DNA of 64,000 nt from Methanobacteriota archaeon (GTDB lineage Archaea > Thermoplasmatota > Thermoplasmata > SG8-5 > JAGLSY01), in contig JAEHCQ010000005.1 of NCBI GenBank assembly GCA_020696385.1, positions 72,311 through 136,310 on the forward strand. The letters run 5' to 3'. Below the pieces are notes generated by a model. It ran no database searches and was not told the DNA's origin. It saw only the letters and a program-made list of their open reading frames with translations. Position 1 is the stretch's first letter. Every line of letters starts with the position of its first letter. Shown piece after piece: positions 28,017-35,953 of this stretch. Position numbers and translations under genes: made by a program.

Positions 28017-28850
28017 TCAGAATCTTTTCGATATCTCGTCCAGCACACTCTCGAATATAGCCATTCCATCCCCGAGTCCAGTTGGGAATGCTCTTGTCCA
28101 ATCTGGATGCATTTCACGATCCATAACTCTCTCAGGGTGCGGCATCATACCAAACACATTACCCCGTGGATTACAGATGCCAGCCACATTCTTTTCTGAG
28201 CCATTTGGATTCCAGGGATACCCGGCATAACTGCCATCGGGATCGACATATGAGAATACAAGCATGTCTTTCTCAGCCAGCTTTTTGTAAGCGATATCAA
28301 CTTCCGCTGAAGGGAAGATAAGCTTCCCTTCAGCGTGAGCAGATGGACACATCAGAACATCGCCCTCTGGTATCTTGGAAGTGAACATGCAATTACCCTT
28401 GTTCTCATGCTTCAGAAGTGTTGGTCGGCATTCGAATCTGGAAGAATCATTGGTAGTCAAAACTGCCTGAGGAACATCGGCCATTATCTCATCGAAGCCA
28501 GGTAGCAGACCCAGTTCGACCAATACCTGGAAGCCATTGCAGATCCCAAGGACAGCCTTTCCTTCATTCACAAAGGCTTTCAGATCATCCTTCAATCCAG
28601 CCTTCATACGAGCTGCCCATATAGCACCAGCACGAACATAATCACCGGATGAAAAGCCACCAGGGATCATCAGAATATGATAATCAGCCAAGCTTCTCTT
28701 CTCATCATCAGTGACATCCTGGCCGAGAAACTGTTTAAGGTGCACGATCTCTGGTTGTGCGCCCAGTCTCTTGAATGCCTGGAATGACTCCTGCTCGCAA
28801 TTGGTTCCCTCTATCCTCAGAACGCAGACTTTGATATCCTCGATGTTCAT
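28017..28850 (-). CDS. purQ: Phosphoribosylformylglycinamidine synthase glutaminase subunit
   Basis: EGTNCE, PGGFSSGDY, LGICNGFQ, AHAEG, NPNGS, GMMPHPER. Confidence 0.96.
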   Translation of the reverse strand: MNIEDIKVCVLRIEGTNCEQESFQAFKRLGAQPEIVHLKQFLGQDVTDDEKRSLADYHILMIPGGFSSGDYVRAGAIWAARMKAGLKDDLKAFVNEGKAVLGICNGFQVLVELGLLPGFDEIMADVPQAVLTTNDSSRFECRPTLLKHENKGNCMFTSKIPEGDVLMCPSAHAEGKLIFPSAEVDIAYKKLAEKDMLVFSYVDPDGSYAGYPWNPNGSEKNVAGICNPRGNVFGMMPHPERVMDREMHPDWTRAFPTGLGDGMAIFESVLDEISKRF

Positions 28851-28937
28851 GGTAGATACTCCTATGTGGGGGTGAAATACGGCATAGGAATTAAGGGTTT
28901 TGATACCCCACCTGAAGCCAAGTGCGGGTTAGGGAGA

Positions 28938-30587
28938 TTATACGATCTTCTGCTTTTTTAATACAAGTATTAAGACGACTATTGCAAGTATTATACAAAT
29001 AACAATTAGAGCAGTATTGCTGCCATTACTGCTAGCCGGAGCATTGTATGGATCGGGATCTTCAAAATCAAGTATTCCATCATTATCATCGTCTGTGTCT
29101 TTATTGTTGCCTATCCCATCCCCGTCTGAATCTGTATCTTCATCAGGATTAAGTGGTAAAGCATCTAAGGAATCTATAACACCATCATTGTCATCATCGG
29201 TGTCCATCCAGTCTTGAGAATTAATTTCATCTCCATCTGGTGTTCTATCGCCATCACTGTCACGTGGATGTCTATCTCCATCTCTTGGATCAGTTCCCAA
29301 ATATTCCTCCCAGATATCCTTGAAGCCATCATTATCATCGTCTGGATCAGATGTATCTCCAATACCATCCCCATCAAAATCATCATCTGTTGGTCCTTCC
29401 AAATTGCCAGAGAACACATTATTCATGGTATTGGTAGCATTGGAGAAACTTAATACCATTCCACACAGATTATCTGATATTACATTATTCATAATTGCAG
29501 CTCCATCTGATAATATTAATGAGATCCCATACCAGGTATTATTGGATATCTCATTATCGAGGATACTGCATCTATCTGAACTCTGTAATGATACCCCATA
29601 ATATCTGTTTGAATTAATTATGTTTCTCTCGATAATAGTCAGATCTGAGTTAGAAATGGAAAGCCCATTTCCAAAGTCATTATCCGATATGTCATTATTT
29701 TTAATTTCATTACTATTGGAATTTTTGATTGATATCTGTATGGGGGCTGGATGGCTTGAGACTATATTTGAATGAGAGGCTACTATATCTATGTGTTCAA
29801 CAGTATTACCTGCTATGAGGTTATCATCAGACCCCTCTAATTTGATGCCTTGGCTCCTATAGTCTGAAGCAATATTGTTTTTAATGGTATTGTTGTTTGC
29901 TGAAATTAAATAAATACTAAATTCATTGTTAACAAAAGTATTGTTTTCAATAATATTATCATAACCTATGACTTTAATACCATTCCCAGAGCTCTCTGCT
30001 ATATTATTTAGTTTTATTATATTATGATTTCCTTGAGCCATAATACCATGATCACCTCTTTCACCGTCATCAACTCCATTGGAAGAGATTGTATTTTGAA
30101 TGATCTGAATATAATTTGAATTAGTCATACTTATCCCGTCCTTATTATTAGATGTGATCGAATTGTTAGTAATAGTGATATTATTCGAAAAATAAACTTC
30201 AATGCCAGCTCCATTATAATTAGAAGAAATGTTATTATTTTCAATTACTCCATTTTCAGTATTATAAAGATATAATCCAACATTTCCATAATACAGGCTA
30301 TCAATCCCACTTGCCTGATGCAAATAACAATCTCGAATTATAAAATGATCTGTAGTATTACCAATAAAAATACAGTCCCCTTTGCTGATTCCATTGATAT
30401 CAAATCCTTCAATTATCCATGGATTCAGTTGGGTGCCATTTCCTGGAAAACCTTTAATAGAGAATTCATAATTATTTTTTATTCTGATCGGTACATGGTC
30501 AGTATATCCTTCAGTTGGTTGCGGGATTACAATAAATACTGTAAAACACATCATTAAAATTATCACTGTTGATATAATCCTTTTCAT
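28938..30587 (-). CDS. Surface protein with NosD/parallel beta-helix repeats and Ca-binding TSP3-like repeats
   Basis: Signal peptide, GNGT..NPWIIE, many I.NN.I..N repeats, DxDxDG repeats, C-terminal TM. Markedly AT-rich relative to neighbours. Confidence 0.85.
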   Translation of the reverse strand: MKRIISTVIILMMCFTVFIVIPQPTEGYTDHVPIRIKNNYEFSIKGFPGNGTQLNPWIIEGFDINGISKGDCIFIGNTTDHFIIRDCYLHQASGIDSLYYGNVGLYLYNTENGVIENNNISSNYNGAGIEVYFSNNITITNNSITSNNKDGISMTNSNYIQIIQNTISSNGVDDGERGDHGIMAQGNHNIIKLNNIAESSGNGIKVIGYDNIIENNTFVNNEFSIYLISANNNTIKNNIASDYRSQGIKLEGSDDNLIAGNTVEHIDIVASHSNIVSSHPAPIQISIKNSNSNEIKNNDISDNDFGNGLSISNSDLTIIERNIINSNRYYGVSLQSSDRCSILDNEISNNTWYGISLILSDGAAIMNNVISDNLCGMVLSFSNATNTMNNVFSGNLEGPTDDDFDGDGIGDTSDPDDDNDGFKDIWEEYLGTDPRDGDRHPRDSDGDRTPDGDEINSQDWMDTDDDNDGVIDSLDALPLNPDEDTDSDGDGIGNNKDTDDDNDGILDFEDPDPYNAPASSNGSNTALIVICIILAIVVLILVLKKQKIV

Positions 30588-30649
30588 TTTTCCACCTCTC
30601 TTCCATGACGGCCATCCCTTAACTAGCTTATTAGTTGTGGGCATTCCTC

Positions 30650-30699
30650 CACTCGCATAAGTGAATCGAAAGTCTCACTTATATGACTTTCGTTGAGTG
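30650..30699. other. Interlaced inverted-repeat element (A-B-A'-B')
   Basis: ATAAGTGA/TCACTTAT and CGAAAGTC/GACTTTCG, enclosed by CACTC/GAGTG. Confidence 0.7.
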
Positions 30700-30708
30700 T
30701 ATTGGATT

Positions 30709-31461
30709 TCAGCTATTCTTATTCCCACCAGAACTGTCAGCCGCTATATGCAGGAAATTCTCAAGGTGGCTTGCCAGATATTCATTGTCGGTGAATCCGC
30801 AGGTCTCCAGATCCGGCGAAGCAATGAGCGCACTGTGACTGTCCACAATGACATCCGTCGCAATGAGGCCATTCTTCCGGGTCACATTCACATCGGGGAA
30901 CACCTTCTGGCCATGAGGCGTGAGAATGGTGATCACCACACCTCGCTTCTGCGCAGATACCACCTTCTTGTCCAGCTTCTGCCTGAACTCCGACATATTG
31001 GGTGTGGACATCATGAAAGTCTCTGTCGCTTTGTCCAGCATCTCACTTATCCTATCGATGACCTTTGTTTTTCCAGTTATCGTGTAAATGAGCTGGGGCA
31101 TGCCCTGCTCCTTCAGAATCTCTCGAATGGACTCCAACTTGCTGAAAGTATCCTCGAGGCGGGTGATTATCTGCCCACCTATCTTCCGGGGTTCCTCGGG
31201 TCGGTATAATCGAGGCCTACCCTCACCAGCATGGGCGAAGCCCTTTTCTTCAAGGGTATCGAGAACTTTGTAAGCCGAAGTTCTCGGTATCTGGGCCGTT
31301 GTCGCAATGGTATCCGCATCCGATACGCCATGCGCGACAAGTGCGATGTACGCCCGGGCCTCATAATCCGACAGACCCAGTAATGCCAAATCGGCAGATA
31401 TTAGTCGATATTCCTCCATGAGGGTTTCATTGCTCTGGCTTATTACATCCACGATATCCAT
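30709..31461 (-). CDS. TrmB-family transcriptional regulator
   Basis: LGLSDYEARAYIAL, IPRTSAYKVLDTLEEKG, GRPRLY. Confidence 0.92.
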   Translation of the reverse strand: MDIVDVISQSNETLMEEYRLISADLALLGLSDYEARAYIALVAHGVSDADTIATTAQIPRTSAYKVLDTLEEKGFAHAGEGRPRLYRPEEPRKIGGQIITRLEDTFSKLESIREILKEQGMPQLIYTITGKTKVIDRISEMLDKATETFMMSTPNMSEFRQKLDKKVVSAQKRGVVITILTPHGQKVFPDVNVTRKNGLIATDVIVDSHSALIASPDLETCGFTDNEYLASHLENFLHIAADSSGGNKNS

Positions 31462-31533
31462 AATATTACCTTTGTCGCGGTTATCGCTACAAAACACTTA
31501 AGTCTTTTCCTTAGATATACATTAGTGATTCTT

Positions 31534-33084
31534 ATGATAATAAAAGCAAGCACTTTAAAGACGGGATTGCCTAAGAAGACACCCTCTATTTGTCCAGAAT
31601 GTAAGAAGATCATTACGGCAGATATTTTTGAGAGGGATGGGAAAGTCATAATATCCAAGACATGTGAAGAACACGGCTTCTTCGAGGATATCTATTGGTC
31701 AGATGTCGAGCTATATCACAAAGCTCAAACATGGGCCTATGATGGTATCGGTGTGGAAAATCCAGCACTGCCAGTCAAGGACGGTTGTCCCTTTGATTGT
31801 GGTCTTTGCCCATCCCATACCAGCCACACTTCATTGGCTAATCTTGATCTTACCAACAGATGCAATCTGAAATGCCCGATCTGTTTTGCGAATGCGAATG
31901 ACGCAGGCTATGTCTATGAGCCGACCTTCGACCAGGTAGTTTCCATGATGGAGACCCTGAGAGCGGAGAAGCCAGTTCCTTGCACAGCCATTCAATTCGC
32001 TGGCGGAGAGCCAACCATATACCCACAGCTCTTCGAGGTCATTGCCAAAGCTAGAGATCTGGGCTTTGCCCAGATCCAAATAGCCACCAATGGTCTGAAG
32101 ATGGCCAGAGAGCCCGGCTTCACAAAGAAAATGCAGGATGCTGGCATGCATACGATCTATCTTCAATTCGATGGTCTTCGCGAGGAGAACTACATTGCAG
32201 CCAGAGGTGTCCCTCTCCTTAAGGATAAGCTGGCAGCCATAGAGAGTTGCAGGATCGGCGACGAGAACATGTCCATCGTTCTTGTTCCAACTATCATCAA
32301 TGGAATTAATGATGACCAGGTTGGCGAGATCGTCAAGTTCGCCATCGAGAACCGCGATGTCGTTAGGTCGGTTAATTTCCAGCCAGTTGCTTTCACAGGT
32401 CGTATCGATCAGGATGAGAGGCTGGCAGGTCGTTTCACACTTCCAGACCTGGTTGACAGAATGGGAGCACAAACTGGCATAACTAATAAAGACGATTGGT
32501 TCCCAGTTCCAGTCGTCACTCCTGTATCCGAGTTCATGTCCGTTATCTCTGGCGAGCCAAAGGTAGCCTTCACACCACATCCGAATTGTGGACTGGCAAC
32601 ATACATATTCATAGACAAGGATGGCAACTCCACACCGATAACAAGATTTGTGGATGTGGAAAACCTGATGAGGGAGATCTATGAACTGGCTCACAAGAGC
32701 GAAGGGAAGAAAATGATGCTTCCTGTGAAGCTAAAGGCATTCGATGTTATCAAGAAGCATTTCCACGCAGACAAAGCACCAGAGGGACTCAATGTTACCA
32801 AGTTCCTCAAGCTGCTACAAGCGGCCATGTCAACAGACACAAAAGATTCACTGGCTGACTTCGCATGGGACATGATGATGATCGGCGGAATGCATTTCCA
32901 GGATGATTATAATTATGACATCGAGAGAGTGAAGAGATGCGTCATCCACTATGTCACACCAGATAATCTCATCATACCATTCTGCGCCTATAATGGCGGG
33001 CCAACCTACAGGACAGAAGTTGAAAAGAAGCACTCCATACCAAACGACGAATGGAGGGCCAGGCACGGCGGTGAAGGGCTATGA
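31534..33084 (+). CDS. tes: Tetraether lipid synthase (Tes / GDGT-MAS, radical SAM)
   Basis: N-terminal CPEC..C..H, GCPFDCGLC..H, TNRCNLKCPICFA, C-terminal RCVIHY..IPFCAYN. Context with ferredoxin and GGR. Start uncertain. Confidence 0.88.
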   Translation: MIIKASTLKTGLPKKTPSICPECKKIITADIFERDGKVIISKTCEEHGFFEDIYWSDVELYHKAQTWAYDGIGVENPALPVKDGCPFDCGLCPSHTSHTSLANLDLTNRCNLKCPICFANANDAGYVYEPTFDQVVSMMETLRAEKPVPCTAIQFAGGEPTIYPQLFEVIAKARDLGFAQIQIATNGLKMAREPGFTKKMQDAGMHTIYLQFDGLREENYIAARGVPLLKDKLAAIESCRIGDENMSIVLVPTIINGINDDQVGEIVKFAIENRDVVRSVNFQPVAFTGRIDQDERLAGRFTLPDLVDRMGAQTGITNKDDWFPVPVVTPVSEFMSVISGEPKVAFTPHPNCGLATYIFIDKDGNSTPITRFVDVENLMREIYELAHKSEGKKMMLPVKLKAFDVIKKHFHADKAPEGLNVTKFLKLLQAAMSTDTKDSLADFAWDMMMIGGMHFQDDYNYDIERVKRCVIHYVTPDNLIIPFCAYNGGPTYRTEVEKKHSIPNDEWRARHGGEGL

Positions 33085-33251
33085 TCGTGGTAGATCCACG
33101 AATTTGTCTCCATTGCGCACAATGCGTGGGAACATGCCCTCATATGGCACTCGAATTGAATGACATGCATATCGAAGTGAATGAGAATTGCAAATCCTGT
33201 AAATGGTGTGTTATATCATGCCCAGTAGGTGCGCTCACACTGGAGGCCTGA
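33081..33251 (+). CDS. 2x[4Fe-4S] ferredoxin (56 aa, not in ORF track)
   Basis: MIVVDPRICLHCAQCVGTCPHMALELNDMHIEVNENCKSCKWCVISCPVGALTLEA*. ATGA overlap with the tes stop. Confidence 0.93.
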   Translation: MIVVDPRICLHCAQCVGTCPHMALELNDMHIEVNENCKSCKWCVISCPVGALTLEA

Positions 33252-33253
33252 AG

Positions 33254-34447
33254 ATGGACGACGAATATGATGCAGTAATTGTTGGAGCTGGCCCAGCTGG
33301 CTCCCATACAGCAAGATTTGCGGCCGAGGGCGGAGCCAAGGTGCTTATCATCGAGAAGAGACAGGAAGTTGGCAGCCCAATAAGATGTGCTGAAGGTGCC
33401 GCCAGGCGATCCCTGGAAGAGGCTGAGGTCATTATCAATCCCAAGTGGGTGTCAGGCGAAATGGATGGAGCAATGATGATCGCCCCCAACGGAAACTTCC
33501 TGGTTGTTGACGAAGCGAGAGCTGGCAATGAGGTTGGCTACGTTGTGGAGCGAGATCTATTCGACCAGGATCTGGCAAAGGTAGCTGTTCAGCGCGGAGC
33601 CGAGCTTGCACTGAAATGCGCATGCACAGGCCTTCTGAAGGATGAGAACGGCAAGATATGCGGTGTCAAGATCAATCACATGGGCGAGGAAAAGGAGATC
33701 CGATCCAAGCTTGTGATCGGGGCTGACGGTCATGAATCTATGATCGGCAGATGGACCGGACTTGCTCCAAAGCTGGAAAAGAACGATATCATCTCTGGAT
33801 TGCAATATCGCATGACCAACCTAGATATTAACCATAAGTTCGTACAATTCTTCCTGACCTCGAAATACGCCCCCGGTGGATATATCTGGATATTCCCAAA
33901 GGATGAGAATACCGCCAATGTGGGTATCGGGATAGTGCTGAGCAAGATAACTCACAAAGGCCATCTCAAAGAGCTCCTGGACGGATGGATCGCCTCACAG
34001 CCCAAGATCGCCCAGGGCGATATAATCGAGATCGTTGGCGGAGGTATTCCGGTTGGAACGCCACTGGATTCCAATGTCATGGATGGCTTGATGCTTGTCG
34101 GTGATGCTGGAAGGCAGACCGATCCGATAACTGGCGGAGGGATCGGTAATGGATGCCGTGCTGCCAGGATCTGTGGTAAGACCATAGCCGCGGCTGTCAA
34201 GGCCAATGATTTCAGCAAGGAATTCTTGCAGATATACGAAACTGGCTGGAGGGAAATTCTTGAGGAAAGGCTTTACCGGAACTGGATGGCGAAGGAAGCA
34301 TGTCTTAACCTTGATGACGATGTCTTCAATAAGATAATAACCACACTGGATGAGGTCGGCATCGAAGAGGTGAATGTCTTCAACCTACTGGTTGTTATTA
34401 AGGAAAAGCATCCGGAATTGGTCGAGAAGTTCCAAGACCTTATCTGA
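33254..34447 (+). CDS. Digeranylgeranylglycerophospholipid reductase (GGR)
   Basis: GAGPAG, PIRCAEG, APGGYIWIFPK, VGDA....PITGGGI. Confidence 0.92.
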   Translation: MDDEYDAVIVGAGPAGSHTARFAAEGGAKVLIIEKRQEVGSPIRCAEGAARRSLEEAEVIINPKWVSGEMDGAMMIAPNGNFLVVDEARAGNEVGYVVERDLFDQDLAKVAVQRGAELALKCACTGLLKDENGKICGVKINHMGEEKEIRSKLVIGADGHESMIGRWTGLAPKLEKNDIISGLQYRMTNLDINHKFVQFFLTSKYAPGGYIWIFPKDENTANVGIGIVLSKITHKGHLKELLDGWIASQPKIAQGDIIEIVGGGIPVGTPLDSNVMDGLMLVGDAGRQTDPITGGGIGNGCRAARICGKTIAAAVKANDFSKEFLQIYETGWREILEERLYRNWMAKEACLNLDDDVFNKIITTLDEVGIEEVNVFNLLVVIKEKHPELVEKFQDLI

Positions 34448-34472
34448 TGTAAGGAAATAAGAAAGCAAAATA

Positions 34473-34515
34473 CCAGCCGAGTAGATAATCTCGGCTGGCT
34501 TCTTTTCATTTTTCT
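34473..34515 (+). terminator. Hairpin plus T-rich tract between convergent genes
   Basis: CCAGCCGAG-8nt-CTCGGCTGG followed by cttcttttcattttt. Confidence 0.6.
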
Positions 34516-34522
34516 CGAATCA

Positions 34523-35830
34523 TCATGAACTGATCTTGATCTTCTGTCTTACAGCGGTCTTCGATTTGCTCTTGTTCTTTATCCTGTCCCCAAATGCAAT
34601 AGCTGCAAAGCCCGCGAAGAGGTATTGGGCAGGTATGGCTGTGGCCATCGCCACACTTGGCGGCGGTGGTGGCGGCGGTGGTGGCGGAGGCGGGACCGTC
34701 AGTCCCGGGACCGGCATGGCCGAAGGGGAAATTGGCATGGGTGATTTCAATGGTGCGGGTGGAGCCTGAACAAATATATTGCCATAGAATATGCAGGCAA
34801 GATCGTACATATTCCTGTCCACCTCTAACTGGTCCTCAGGATCAAAGGAAAAGGTCTCGATCATACCTTTTCCATATCTGAAATATGAAGCGAATAGTAT
34901 TTGGCTGTCATAGGCATCCGCATATACCACAGGTTTAACCCCCTCATATCCGGGGGTCATGGCCACAACATTGCTTGTAGTGACATTCACGGTAGTGGGG
35001 CCGGCGTACTGTGTCGGCAATTCACCAGTATGATTGAACTGTGCAGTGAACTCTATATTCTCATTTAGTGTCATTACACCGAAGCAACCAGGGAATATCG
35101 ATGGTAGGTCCCTCATTGCTTTTCCTATGAAAACAAAATTCTTTCCATTGGACGCCGCAGACTTTATTCCCATCATGAGATCGGGGTTCATATCCCCATT
35201 GGCTCCCGGATTCTCTATGATGATCAGATCATGATCGGCCAGGTCCACATCCGGGTCCAGATGCCATATTTGCTTGGATTCGTATGGGATCATCATTTCC
35301 TGGAGAAGTTGTTTTGAAAAGCTGTGTTGCATGTAATCCTCATCTTCTCTGCCAACCACCAGAACATTTGTGGCCCTCTCGATAATGTACACACGATCCG
35401 AAACGAACACTGAAGTGACACTATGCAAAGTGACGCTGGGGAATTTTTTCATCACATCTGCCACCAGCGAGGCATTGTGGTCCATGAGAAGTATGGGGCC
35501 TCCAGAGTAATTGGCACCAGCGGGAAATTCATCGGTTTGAATGATCGTGTCAGGTGGTCCTATAAGCCTATAGCACAATGTGTCATTTCTCAGAAGTGCG
35601 TGGACCAATCCGAAGCTCTTTATGATATCATTCTGCTTCTCATCCATCGGGATGACAAGGGCTCCGGCAGGAAATGGGATCATTTCATATTGTTCCCTAA
35701 CTATAAACGGGCTCGCGGCCTGGGCTGGTGTTGCGGAGATCTGAATGAGCAGGATCATGACAATGAAAATTCCCAAAGTGATCGGCAGGAACTTTGTTAT
35801 TTTTTTATGCTTTGTCTTACCCAGTGTCAT
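34523..35830 (-). CDS. Secreted hypothetical protein with a 12-proline run and C-terminal hydrophobic/basic tail
   Basis: Signal peptide ending AQA, FPAGALVIPMD motif, P12 tract. Confidence 0.75.
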   Translation of the reverse strand: MTLGKTKHKKITKFLPITLGIFIVMILLIQISATPAQAASPFIVREQYEMIPFPAGALVIPMDEKQNDIIKSFGLVHALLRNDTLCYRLIGPPDTIIQTDEFPAGANYSGGPILLMDHNASLVADVMKKFPSVTLHSVTSVFVSDRVYIIERATNVLVVGREDEDYMQHSFSKQLLQEMMIPYESKQIWHLDPDVDLADHDLIIIENPGANGDMNPDLMMGIKSAASNGKNFVFIGKAMRDLPSIFPGCFGVMTLNENIEFTAQFNHTGELPTQYAGPTTVNVTTSNVVAMTPGYEGVKPVVYADAYDSQILFASYFRYGKGMIETFSFDPEDQLEVDRNMYDLACIFYGNIFVQAPPAPLKSPMPISPSAMPVPGLTVPPPPPPPPPPPPSVAMATAIPAQYLFAGFAAIAFGDRIKNKSKSKTAVRQKIKISS

Positions 35831-35953
35831 GTATAATGTACCCACATTTGAATCGACCACTATATTATAAACATTTCTGGACATAATGGCTATTGTATGT
35901 CATGTTCTACAACATACAATATATTTATCTATCACATTTCATTTAGCCCAGCT

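Noticed and set aside
27692-28240. purQ duplicate as a DGR template/variable repeat pair
   Set aside because: Differences are not restricted to adenines, are mostly synonymous, and no reverse transcriptase is in the window.
28895-28930. Possible displaced copy of the trmB 3' end after the beta-helix gene (ttcaggtggg vs ttctggtggg)
   Set aside because: The match is only about 10 nt with a mismatch, consistent with chance.
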